From an uncultured delta proteobacterium (GTDB lineage Bacteria; Desulfobacterota; Desulfuromonadia; Geobacterales; Pseudopelobacteraceae), in the NCBI GenBank assembly GCA_963772835.1, contig CAVYYZ010000002.1, forward strand, positions 32,001 to 96,000: a stretch of DNA of 64,000 nt. Reading direction: 5' to 3'. The position numbers and the translations under genes were made by a program. Below are positions 51,005 to 60,564 of the stretch, one piece after another. The notes beneath the pieces were generated by a model. That model was given only the letters and a program-made list of their open reading frames with translations, ran no database searches and was not told the DNA's origin. Position 1 is the first letter of the stretch, and the number at the start of each line of letters is the position of its first letter.

Positions 51005-51409
51005 ATGAAAAAAAATGTCATCGCCATTCTGTTCGCCCTGGCCCTCCCCGCTACATGTTTTGCCGCCGACATCATGCGTGATGGGTACTGGGAGCTGGTC
51101 TCCACTATGGAAATGCCCGGTATGCCGATGAAAATGGCACCTACCAAGGTAAAGCACTGCTACACCAAGGAAGATGTCACGGATCAGAAAAAAACCATAA
51201 CTACTGACAAAAACTGTACCGTTACCGATCTAAAACAGTCCGGCAATAAAGTCACCTGGAAGATGAAGTGCACCGGCAACAATCCCGGCGTTTTCAGCGG
51301 GGAGACGGTTTTTAAGGGGGACAGCTACGATTCGACCATGAACATGCAGGCCCAGGGGCAGACCATGAAAATGAGAATCAAAGCCAAGCGACTTGGAGCG
51401 TGTCCATAA
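51005..51409 (+). CDS. Exported DUF3617-like protein
   Basis: Signal peptide, G.WE...MEMPGMP, paired Cys, terminal KRLGAC; AAGGAG RBS. Confidence 0.78.
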   Translation: MKKNVIAILFALALPATCFAADIMRDGYWELVSTMEMPGMPMKMAPTKVKHCYTKEDVTDQKKTITTDKNCTVTDLKQSGNKVTWKMKCTGNNPGVFSGETVFKGDSYDSTMNMQAQGQTMKMRIKAKRLGACP

Positions 51410-51604
51410 CGTTCACTGTCAGCAAAACGTGAATAAGGGAAACTGGAAATAACACAGCAGTATCCCCCGACCTTGCACCAATAGTGCTGAAGCGTGCACC
51501 CTGCCCTTCAGCACGGATACCATGCCCGGTAATCTGCGGGGCATGCAGCCGCTGAACAGTACACCGTTCTGCCGGTTTGTCAGTCAATCCGGAGAGGAGT
51601 TCCC

Positions 51605-52657
51605 GTGACACCCATAGTTGACTTGAGAAGCGACACCGTAACGCAGCCAACTGACGCCATGCGTGCCGCCATGGCGGCAGCACCTCTGGGTGATGATGTA
51701 TTTGGTGATGACCCCAGCGTCAATATGCTGCAGGAAAAAATCGCACATCTGCTCGGGTTTGAAACTGCGCTGTTTGTGTCATCAGGTACGCAAAGTAACC
51801 TGTGCGCCATACTGAGTCACTGCCAGCGTGGAGACGAATATATCGTGGGACAATCTGCCCATTGCTACCGTTGGGAAGGCGGTGGAGCGGCGGTATTCGG
51901 CAGTGTGCAGCCCCAGCCGCTGGAGCATCAGGCCGACGGGACCCTCAGGGTGGAGGATATCGAGGCGGCAATCAAACCGGATGACGCCCACTTTGCCCGA
52001 ACCAGACTGCTGGCGTTGGAAAACACCCTGGGAGGCAGACTTCTGCCTTTTTCATACCTGCAGCAGGCGACGCAACTGGCTGAGAGCAAAGGGTTGGCCC
52101 GTCATCTTGACGGTGCCCGACTGTTCAACGCTGCATCTGCTCAGGCCACCGCAATCGGGGGTGATGTCCGCGAAGAAGCGCGGCGGATTGCCGGTTGTTT
52201 TGATAGCGTGTCGGTGTGCCTGAGCAAAGGATTGGGCGCTCCGGTGGGTTCAGTACTGTGCGGCAGCCGGGAATTTATCGCCCGGGCGCATCGCATCCGG
52301 AAAATGGCAGGGGGCGGAATGCGCCAAACCGGCATGCTGGCCGCAGCCGGAACCTATGCGCTGGATCACCATGTCGATCGACTGGCCCGGGATCACGCAC
52401 TGGCTCGGCGATTGGCAGAAGGTTTGACGGATGTTCCCGGCCTGGAAGTGGAAGCGCCGCATACCAATATACTGTTTGTCGACCTGACGGGCCCGGTTAG
52501 AATGCGTTCTGCAGAACTGATTCAGCACCTGAAGACGCGCGGCATTCTTGCTACCGGCCTGTATCGCCTCCGCTTTGTAACTCATCTGGATGTGGATGCT
52601 GCGGGAATTGACCGGACCATAGAGGCCGTTACCGGTTTTTTCCACGGTGTGAACTAG
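51605..52657 (+). CDS. ltaE: Low-specificity L-threonine aldolase
   Basis: DLRSDTVT, GDDV, SGTQSN, HLDGARLFNA, CLSKGLGAPVGS. Confidence 0.93.
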   Translation: MTPIVDLRSDTVTQPTDAMRAAMAAAPLGDDVFGDDPSVNMLQEKIAHLLGFETALFVSSGTQSNLCAILSHCQRGDEYIVGQSAHCYRWEGGGAAVFGSVQPQPLEHQADGTLRVEDIEAAIKPDDAHFARTRLLALENTLGGRLLPFSYLQQATQLAESKGLARHLDGARLFNAASAQATAIGGDVREEARRIAGCFDSVSVCLSKGLGAPVGSVLCGSREFIARAHRIRKMAGGGMRQTGMLAAAGTYALDHHVDRLARDHALARRLAEGLTDVPGLEVEAPHTNILFVDLTGPVRMRSAELIQHLKTRGILATGLYRLRFVTHLDVDAAGIDRTIEAVTGFFHGVN

Positions 52658-52823
52658 CAGAGCCTTACAACAGGTCATCTCAACATATGATAGTTTAAAT
52701 TATATAATTAACATATTCACTTTAATACGTTGTTATTTTTTCTGATTGTGGTAGATATGATGTCTATTATGCAGAATTTATCTGCTCGTACATGGGTCTG
52801 GGAGACCAGGAAGGGCGTACTGT

Positions 52824-55823
52824 ATGAGATTCAGTTCATATCGTGAATTATGGGAATTCGGCCGCCTGCACCTCACGCCATCGCTGCTGCGTATGGTGCT
52901 AGTCGTCATGGTCCTCTTCCGGCCCGGTTTCGCTCTGGCGAATGATCCCGTTGACCTGATCGGGCCTAACCGCACCTTCGTTCTGAGCGGGGAGGAAGCG
53001 CATTTCATCCAGTCGCTTGCGCCGCTGAGGGTGATGATCGATGATAATTTTGTCCCTCTGTCATACTATAACAGCAGGGATCACTCCTTTCAGGGGATCA
53101 GCGTTGATATCTTCCGCCATCTTGCTGAAAGGCTGGGATTAAAATATCAGTTTGTACATGATGCAAAACTGTCGTGGGCAGACAAGGTAGAGCTTTTCAA
53201 AAATCAGAAGGTCGATCTGCTGATGCCGGTAAGTTATACGCCGGAGCGTGCTGCCGCCGGCATTTTCACCACCGGTTTTTATGATACCTTTTATGGAGCT
53301 ATTGCAAAAAAAACTTCCGGCATAAAACTCAGAGATTCATACGATCTGGCCAACTACAGAGTCGGCGTAACAAAAGCCTCCGCCATCATATCGTTCCTCC
53401 AGCAATTTGTCCCCTCCTCCCGGATAGTACAGTATGACAATCAGGCAGACCTCTATCAAGGCGTCAGGAGCGGTCAGGTCGACATTGCCCTGCAGAACAA
53501 ACATGTCTTTAAAGAAGATCGTTTCAAACTCGGATTTGTTGATCTTGCGCTGTTTCATACTATTGTGGAATCACCACGCAGGTATTCCTATTATCTGAGC
53601 AAGAGCGAATCGTCTCAGATGCTTACGGTAATAATCAATCGCTACCTGGCCGGGATTGACTTCAGCAGACTGACCAATCATTACGAACAGGGCGAAGATG
53701 AACTGGTCCTGCTCTATACCGAGCAGAAACATCAAAAGAAACTGCTGGAGCTGGGGATCATCGGGGCACTGATGTTACTGGCGCTCCTTGGCGTTGCCTA
53801 CCTCAACCACCGCAGGTTTACCGCACGACTGGCGGCAAGCCTTGAGCAGGCGCAGCTCCAGCAGGAGAACCTGCAGAGAAGCGAGGCCAAACAGCGTGCA
53901 ATGATTGAAAATATTGTTGACGTTATAGCCATCATCGATCAGCGCGTAATCAACAGATACATGAGCCCCAATATTGAAAAGTGGTTCGGGTGGCATCCGG
54001 ATGATGTTATTGGAGAGGTCACCGGAAAAAACATTCATCCTGATGACAGACACGACACGCAGAAAGTCTTTGATACGTTGCTGGGCAGGGCAGACACAGT
54101 AATAACGGCGGAATGCCGTTACCTGTGCAAGGACGGCAGCTATAAGTGGATAGGATATACAGCAATAAATCTTCTGCACGATCCGGATGTCGCCGGTGTG
54201 TTACTCAGTTTTCACGACATCACCGAGCGCAGAAGAATGGAGTACGAACTGCGGCATAGCGAGGAGCAGAGTAGAAATAACGCACATCTGTTGCAAAGCG
54301 TCATAGAACATTTCCCAGGAGTTGTCTTTTGGAAAAACGCCGAATTGGTGTATCTGGGCTGCAACAGGGCCTTTTCCGGAGCCGCCGGGCTGACGTCACC
54401 CTCCGAGATTGTCGGTAAATCAGATCAAGACATGCCGTGGGCAGAGACGGAAGCCTCCATCTATTGTAGCTCCGATCAGCTTGTCATGCAAAGCGGAGAG
54501 GCGAAACTGCACATTATCGAGACTCAGCACCAGGCTGACGGCCGGGTGGCATGGTTTGACACCTGCAAGGTCCCGCTGCGCGACGACCAGGGGAACATCT
54601 GGGGTGTAATGGGAGCCTCCTTCGACATCTCAGACCTGAAACGGGCCGAAGAGGAACGTCTCCAGCTTGAGCAGCAGTTTCATCACGCCCAGAGACTGGA
54701 AAGCCTCGGCGTTCTGGCCGGCGGCATCGCCCACGACTTCAACAATATTCTGACGGTCATCCTGGGGCACTGCTTCCTGGCCGGTGAGAGAAAGGGCGTT
54801 AATCCGGATAACGGGCACATAGAATCCTTCAAACAGATTGAAACGGCAGCCCATCGGGCCGCCGACCTCTGCCGGCAGATGTTGACCTACGCCGGCAAGA
54901 GTCCGCTTGTCCAGACGCGGGTCAATCTTTTGCGGTTGGTCGATGAAATGGTCAAGATGCTGCAATTTGCCATCAGTAAAAATGTGGCATTCGAACTTGA
55001 TCTGGATCATGACGTTCCGGAAATCCAGGGAGACACAAGCCAGATCCAGCAGGTCGTAATGAACCTGATCATCAATGCCTCCGAGGCGATCGGCGACGCT
55101 AACGGCACAATCCGCGTTGTACTCTCAAAAATGACGATAGATATGGACCAGTTGGAAGCGGATACGTTTGAAAAAGCCATTCCGACCGGCAGATATGTCT
55201 ACCTTGAAGTGAGCGATAACGGCAGCGGCATGGATGTAGAGACACAAAGACGAATTTTCGAACCATTTTACACGACCAAATTCGCCGGTCGGGGGCTGGG
55301 TATGTCTGCCATACGCGGTATTGTTAAATCGCATGAAGGAGCCCTGCAGCTGTCCAGTTCGCCGGGTATCGGCACGTCCTTCAAGATCTGTTTTCCGGCA
55401 CCGGAGGTGCCTGTGGATAGTGTAGCCGCTTCAACCGGATCTGACCTGAATGAAAAGGCCGGCGGCAATGTATTGCTGGTGGATGATGAACAATCACTGC
55501 GTACTATGGGGGTGGTCCTTTTGGAAACGCTGGGCTTTTCAGCCATGACTGCACAGCATGGGCTGGAAGCACTTGACATATACCGCGAACGTGGCGACGA
55601 GATTGACGTGATCCTTCTGGATCTGGTCATGCCGGTGATGGGCGGCCTTGAAACCTACCGCAAATTGCGAATTATTGATTCGACCCTGCCGATTATAATC
55701 TGCAGCGGCTACAGTGCCGAATCGGTACTGGACGAAATCGGAAATGATCAGCATGCCGGTTTTATGCACAAGCCTTACAACCCGGATCAGTTGCGTGAAA
55801 AAATAATGCAGTTGATGGTATAG
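52824..55823 (+). CDS. Hybrid sensor histidine kinase (periplasmic binding domain, two PAS, HisKA, HATPase, receiver)
   Basis: AGGIAHDFNN, NLIINA, FEPFYTTK..GRGLG, LLVDDE...LLDLVMP. Start uncertain. Confidence 0.92.
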   Translation: MRFSSYRELWEFGRLHLTPSLLRMVLVVMVLFRPGFALANDPVDLIGPNRTFVLSGEEAHFIQSLAPLRVMIDDNFVPLSYYNSRDHSFQGISVDIFRHLAERLGLKYQFVHDAKLSWADKVELFKNQKVDLLMPVSYTPERAAAGIFTTGFYDTFYGAIAKKTSGIKLRDSYDLANYRVGVTKASAIISFLQQFVPSSRIVQYDNQADLYQGVRSGQVDIALQNKHVFKEDRFKLGFVDLALFHTIVESPRRYSYYLSKSESSQMLTVIINRYLAGIDFSRLTNHYEQGEDELVLLYTEQKHQKKLLELGIIGALMLLALLGVAYLNHRRFTARLAASLEQAQLQQENLQRSEAKQRAMIENIVDVIAIIDQRVINRYMSPNIEKWFGWHPDDVIGEVTGKNIHPDDRHDTQKVFDTLLGRADTVITAECRYLCKDGSYKWIGYTAINLLHDPDVAGVLLSFHDITERRRMEYELRHSEEQSRNNAHLLQSVIEHFPGVVFWKNAELVYLGCNRAFSGAAGLTSPSEIVGKSDQDMPWAETEASIYCSSDQLVMQSGEAKLHIIETQHQADGRVAWFDTCKVPLRDDQGNIWGVMGASFDISDLKRAEEERLQLEQQFHHAQRLESLGVLAGGIAHDFNNILTVILGHCFLAGERKGVNPDNGHIESFKQIETAAHRAADLCRQMLTYAGKSPLVQTRVNLLRLVDEMVKMLQFAISKNVAFELDLDHDVPEIQGDTSQIQQVVMNLIINASEAIGDANGTIRVVLSKMTIDMDQLEADTFEKAIPTGRYVYLEVSDNGSGMDVETQRRIFEPFYTTKFAGRGLGMSAIRGIVKSHEGALQLSSSPGIGTSFKICFPAPEVPVDSVAASTGSDLNEKAGGNVLLVDDEQSLRTMGVVLLETLGFSAMTAQHGLEALDIYRERGDEIDVILLDLVMPVMGGLETYRKLRIIDSTLPIIICSGYSAESVLDEIGNDQHAGFMHKPYNPDQLREKIMQLMV

Positions 55824-55853
55824 TTCGATACGGAGTTTATACGGAGGTTGGAC

Positions 55854-56228
55854 ATGTTTTCAAAAATCATACGTGGTGCGGCAATTTTCTCTTTTATCGT
55901 AACCTTCGCTCTGCTTGAAGGTGAGGCAATGGCAGCGGGAGCACTGGCAATCGACAGCAACCAGGGAGACCAATACGGTTTTTCATATGGTCAACCGGGT
56001 AGAAGCCAGGCGGTACAAAGAGCATTGAATGAGTGTGGCGCCGGGTGCCGGATAGTTCTCGATTTCAACAGCGGGTGCGGGGCATTTGCTGCAGATCAAT
56101 CACGGGGGTCTTCTGCTCACGGGTGGGGAACAGCATCGTCAGGATCGGCAGCTCAAAATCGCGCCGTGGCGGAATGCCAGGCACGAGGCGGCACAAACTG
56201 CACGATTCGAGCCTGGGGATGCAATTAA
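55854..56228 (+). CDS. Exported Cys-containing DUF4189-like protein
   Basis: Signal peptide, GALA, A...AL.EC...C, CGA.A, A..EC...GG..C; GGAGG RBS. Confidence 0.75.
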   Translation: MFSKIIRGAAIFSFIVTFALLEGEAMAAGALAIDSNQGDQYGFSYGQPGRSQAVQRALNECGAGCRIVLDFNSGCGAFAADQSRGSSAHGWGTASSGSAAQNRAVAECQARGGTNCTIRAWGCN

Positions 56229-56242
56229 CGGTATGTCGTGTA

Positions 56243-56680
56243 TCATGTCCGGCTGAAATAACCGGCATGATCAACGACAATGCCGCGAGCGCCTTTCTCC
56301 AGAGCTGACCTGAGATTGACAGGGATGGCAGTTTTTTGCATGGTCGCAGCATCAATGAGAACATTTACGGTGTCGGCTCTGGTGATGATCAACTCGTGAC
56401 CGGCAATGCGGAATTCGATTGCGATCGTGAATGATGACGTACCGAGATGCTGAACCGACACCGTCAGTTCAAGAACCTGGTCAAAGCGGGCGGGAGCTTT
56501 CCATTCAATCGTCTGTTTTACCAGATGATATTCAATAAATCCGGAGTCGGGACAACACGCACGAAGAAATTCCGTCGTAGCAATATCGACATAGTCGGCG
56601 TACCTGGCGTTGAAAACCACCTTCTGCGCATCACACTCGGAGTATCGGACACGCAGGTAATAGCGGAAATTGTCCATCAT
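56243..56680 (-). CDS. Hotdog-fold acyl-CoA thioesterase (4HBT/YbgC-like)
   Basis: VRYSECDAQKVVFNARY, PARFD; last gene of the bam operon. Confidence 0.87.
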   Translation of the reverse strand: MMDNFRYYLRVRYSECDAQKVVFNARYADYVDIATTEFLRACCPDSGFIEYHLVKQTIEWKAPARFDQVLELTVSVQHLGTSSFTIAIEFRIAGHELIITRADTVNVLIDAATMQKTAIPVNLRSALEKGARGIVVDHAGYFSRT

Positions 56681-56690
56681 CACCGGCGCC

Positions 56691-57305
56691 CTATCCTTCA
56701 GGCACGGGTTCGGAAGCGGGAGGTTGGGGCGTCAGCGCTTTTATCAATACGAAGGCCGCCTGCAGAGCCGACGTCGGGCAGAGCGGAAAACACTCCTTGC
56801 ACTCCCAACACTCCTTTGAGGCAATTTCAGGAATAAAGCAGATCTCTTTCCGCGGTCCCCTGTCGATAAACCCGACGGCGTTCTTCTTCTTGATCTCGGC
56901 GCAGTATCGAACGCAGAGACCACAATGGATGCAGAATGACGCGTCTTTTTCAAAGCGATCCCGGTCCGCACCGTACTCCTCGGCCAGTGCAAGCAGCTGT
57001 TCGGAATCCGGAGCATGGGCCATCATCATCTCCACCAGTGATTTGCGAATCCGCTCCAGCTTGCCGGTTCTGGTCCGTACCACCAGATCCTGTTCGACCG
57101 GGTACAGACAGGCGGCAACGACGCTTGTTCTGCCGCGCGCATCCACTTCCACCGAACAGATGCGGCAGCCGCCGTGCGGTTCCAGCTTTTCGTGGTGACA
57201 GAGTGTCGGGATCGCTATTCCCACGCTTTGGGCGGCTTCCAGAATTGTTGCACCCGATCGTGCGGTTACTTGTCTGCCATCTATTTGTAAGATCAGTTCG
57301 CTCAT
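56691..57305 (-). CDS. bamI: Class II benzoyl-CoA reductase subunit BamI (NuoG N-terminal-like Fe-S)
   Basis: IPTLC, GGCRICSVE, CIHCGLCVRYC, CWECKECFPLCP; operon context. Confidence 0.85.
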   Translation of the reverse strand: MSELILQIDGRQVTARSGATILEAAQSVGIAIPTLCHHEKLEPHGGCRICSVEVDARGRTSVVAACLYPVEQDLVVRTRTGKLERIRKSLVEMMMAHAPDSEQLLALAEEYGADRDRFEKDASFCIHCGLCVRYCAEIKKKNAVGFIDRGPRKEICFIPEIASKECWECKECFPLCPTSALQAAFVLIKALTPQPPASEPVPEG

Positions 57306-59230
57306 GGTTGTGTACTCTTTCTGACGACGGTTCGTGCTTCTTGAGGAATAGGATCAGGAACAGGCTCTCCGGAAATCTTACGCACCGCACCGAAACGGGC
57401 AGGACAGGCTTCAAGGCAGGATCCGCACTTCGTGCATTTGTCCTGAATAACAACGTGGATCAGATTCTTGCCCCCTTCAATCGCCTCTACCGGACATTTT
57501 CTGGCGCACGCCGTACAGGCCTGGCATTTATCCGGATCGATATAGTACGAGATCAGATCTTTACAGGAACAGGCGGGGCACTTTCCTTCGTTGATGTGCG
57601 CCTCATACTCGTCCCTGAAGTGGCGTATCGTGCTTAACACGGGATTGGGAGCCCCTTTGCCCAGTGCGCAGAGTGCGGACGCCCCGGCCACTTCGGATAA
57701 CTCCTCCAGAAGTTCGATATCGCCCTTTCTTCCCTTCCCCTTTGTTATTCTCGTCAGAATCTTGAGCATCTGCTTCACGCCTTCACGGCAGGGGACACAT
57801 TTGCCGCACGATTCATCGGCGAGGAAACCGAGGAAATAGCGGGCGAAATCAACCATGCAGGTTTCTTCATCCAGAACAATCATCCCGCCGGATCCCATCA
57901 TCGAGCCGGCTTTAGTCAACTGGTCAAAATCGACTTCCATGTCAAGAAGGCTCTCCGGCATGCATCCCCCCGCCGGTCCGCCGGTCTGCACCGCCTTGTA
58001 CTTCCTGCCTCCGGGAATGCCTCCGCCTATCTTGTAGACGATATCCCGCAGGGTTACACCCATCGGCACCTCTACGAGACCGGTGTTGTTCACCTTGCCT
58101 ACCAGAGAGAAGATCTTGGTGCCCTTGCTCCCCTCCGTACCGATCGAAGTGAAGGAGGCAGCACCTTTATTGATAACCAGAGGAATATTGGCCCAAGTCT
58201 CGACGTTGTTTATATTTGTCGGTTTGCCCCACAATCCCCTGACAGCCGGATAGGGCGGCCGTGATTTGGGCTCGCCCACTTTCCCCTCCAGGGACATGAT
58301 GAGGGCTGTTTCCTCGCCGCAGACAAATGCGCCGGCTCCCTTATGCACCTTGATGAAGAAATCGAATCCTGAACCGAGGATGTCTTTTCCCAGCAGGCCC
58401 TGTTCTTCTGCTGTCCTGATGGCGGCCGTTACGTTCTCTACCGCCAGTGGATATTCCTGCCGGACATAAATAAAACCCTCGTGAGCGCCGATGGCGTAGG
58501 CGCCGATCAGCAGACCCTCCAGCACGCAAAAGGGATTGCCTTCCATGAGGGAACGATCCATATACGCCCCCGGGTCACCCTCATCGCAGTTGACGATGAC
58601 ATATTTTGTGTCACCCTTCGCGTTACGGGCAGCCTCCCACTTTATCCCGGCCGGAAAACCGCCGCCGCCGCGCCCTCGCAAACTGGCTGCCTTGACCTCA
58701 TCGATAACCTGCTCCGGGCTCATCCCGGTGAGCACCTTTGTCAGGGCCTGGTAGCCGCCGACGGCGAGGTAGTCTTCGAGGCTTTTCGGGTCTATCCTGG
58801 TATTTGAGCCGAGAATCAGCCGCTGTTGATTCTTATAGAAGGGAATATCCTCTTCGTTGGTCGCCTTTTCACCCGTGGTCGGGTCAACATAGGTCAGACG
58901 CTCGACTATCGTGCCTTCCATCAGGGTCTTCGTGACAATCTCCGGAATGTCTTCCGGTCGTACCTTCAGGTAGCAGACACCCTCGGGGTAAATAACGATA
59001 ATGGGCCCCTGCTCGCAAAAACCGTGGCAGCCGGTTTTCCTGAAGTGCACTTTTTCCTTCAGGCCCTGTTTCTCCAGTTCCACTTCCAATGCAGCCGCAA
59101 CTTTTTTGCAGTGAGTAGCCTGGCATGCGGAGCCGGAACAGAGCGTTATGACCGGCTTGTCGGGGTCTCTTTTCGATACTATATCCTGCCGTAATGTTTC
59201 CAGTTCGGCAGTGGAGTTGATCCTGGGCAT
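57302..59230 (-). CDS. bamH: BamH (NuoF-like NADH/FMN subunit)
   Basis: LRGRGGGGFP, NCDEGDPG, GAGAFVCGEE, ESCGKCVPCR, C-terminal 2x4Fe-4S. Confidence 0.88.
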   Translation of the reverse strand: MPRINSTAELETLRQDIVSKRDPDKPVITLCSGSACQATHCKKVAAALEVELEKQGLKEKVHFRKTGCHGFCEQGPIIVIYPEGVCYLKVRPEDIPEIVTKTLMEGTIVERLTYVDPTTGEKATNEEDIPFYKNQQRLILGSNTRIDPKSLEDYLAVGGYQALTKVLTGMSPEQVIDEVKAASLRGRGGGGFPAGIKWEAARNAKGDTKYVIVNCDEGDPGAYMDRSLMEGNPFCVLEGLLIGAYAIGAHEGFIYVRQEYPLAVENVTAAIRTAEEQGLLGKDILGSGFDFFIKVHKGAGAFVCGEETALIMSLEGKVGEPKSRPPYPAVRGLWGKPTNINNVETWANIPLVINKGAASFTSIGTEGSKGTKIFSLVGKVNNTGLVEVPMGVTLRDIVYKIGGGIPGGRKYKAVQTGGPAGGCMPESLLDMEVDFDQLTKAGSMMGSGGMIVLDEETCMVDFARYFLGFLADESCGKCVPCREGVKQMLKILTRITKGKGRKGDIELLEELSEVAGASALCALGKGAPNPVLSTIRHFRDEYEAHINEGKCPACSCKDLISYYIDPDKCQACTACARKCPVEAIEGGKNLIHVVIQDKCTKCGSCLEACPARFGAVRKISGEPVPDPIPQEARTVVRKSTQP

Positions 59231-59241
59231 ATTGTGTTTCC

Positions 59242-59694
59242 TTACTCGTAGTTTTTAAACGTTTCTGCTATCTGAGCCGAAGTAATATTGCCATGATACT
59301 CGCCGTCCACCACCATTACCGGTCCCAGGGCACAGCAGCCGATGCAGTTCACCGTTTCAAGGCTGTACTTTAAATCGACGTCAGTTTCGCCGGGACCTAT
59401 GCCGATCTGTTCCTGAACGGTGTCAAGCACACGCTGCGCACCCCGGACATGGCAGGCGGTACCCATACAGACGTGCACTTCATGGCGCCCCCGGGGGACG
59501 AGGCTGAACGATTTATAAAACGTGGTAATGTGCCGTATCTGACTCATCGGCACATTCAGTTTTTCACTGACCCGCTCCAGAGCCTCCTTGGGGAGCCAGT
59601 GATTCTCGCTCTGGATATCAAGCAGTATCTGAATGAGCGAACTGGCTTCACACTGGTGTTTATCAATAATCTGGTCGATCGTATCGGTAGTCAT
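59242..59694 (-). CDS. bamG: BamG (NuoE-like [2Fe-2S])
   Basis: VCMGTACH, CIGCCALGP. Confidence 0.87.
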   Translation of the reverse strand: MTTDTIDQIIDKHQCEASSLIQILLDIQSENHWLPKEALERVSEKLNVPMSQIRHITTFYKSFSLVPRGRHEVHVCMGTACHVRGAQRVLDTVQEQIGIGPGETDVDLKYSLETVNCIGCCALGPVMVVDGEYHGNITSAQIAETFKNYE

Positions 59695-59743
59695 AGTCCC
59701 TCTTCAACCCGGTTAGTACGTAGTTTGCTCCTGATCGTCCTGA

Positions 59744-60511
59744 TCAGGCAACAGCATAGCGCTTCTGGTCCTCATCGTATCTGACCAGCCCCTGTCGTGC
59801 CGAACTGTTCAGATACCGTGAAACTTCGGACGGCTGTATCTGTAACGAGTCAGAAATTTCCCTGGTGGAAAGCGGTTTTTTTGCAAGGAGTGTCGTAATC
59901 TGGCTTATTGCCAGTTTTTCGCCCACAAGCTCACGAATCAGGAGTGCCACTTCTTCGCTGCCGAAATAGGTGTCGTACTCCGCTTCCGTTTTAAAACGGA
60001 CCCGCAACCGCTCCCGCTCAACCAGCTTGAGATAGGGAAGTATTTTTTTCACCGCCTGAAACTTGAGCTTCAGAACATCCCGGTCTAATCCTTCACCATC
60101 GCCGATCGGGCCAAAACCCTTCAATTGTCTGCCAAAATCATTCATGACTTCGGCGTACCGCATTCCTTCAGAGCCGGCAATCCATTCGAGCCGCAACCGT
60201 CCGGGATTAACACCAATCAGTTCAAGCACTTTTCTGGTCAGATGCATCATACTCAGGGCATCGTAATTACCTTCGGTGACATAATGGCATTCACCGAGCC
60301 AGCAGCCGCCGATAAATACACCGTCTGCGCCGCCTGCAAGCGCCCGGAGTACAAATGCCATATCGACCCTGCCGGAACACATGACACGGATAATCTTTGT
60401 TTCAGTTGTATATTGCAGTCTGGAAACTCCAGCCAGGTCCGCCGCGGCGTATGCTCACCACGTGCAGAGGAATCCGACTACTCTTGGATGATACTCACGT
60501 TCTGCACTCAT
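59744..60511 (-). CDS. bamF: BamF (MvhD-like), selenoprotein with Sec19
   Basis: From ATG 60511 (AAGGAG RBS): MSAEREYHPRVVGFLCTW-TGA-AYAAADLAG..RVMCSGRV. The TGA (60457-60455) sits at the second Cys of the MvhD CxWC motif. 255 aa. Confidence 0.9.
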
Positions 60512-60564
60512 TGCATGATCTCCTTCCCAGGCCCGCAATCCCGGCCTGATTCTTCTCATAAATT

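Noticed and set aside
60508..60516. ATG-CAA-TGA mini-ORF overlapping the bamF start
   Set aside because: Its ATG is only 3 nt from the RBS, whereas the bamF ATG has normal spacing; probably chance.
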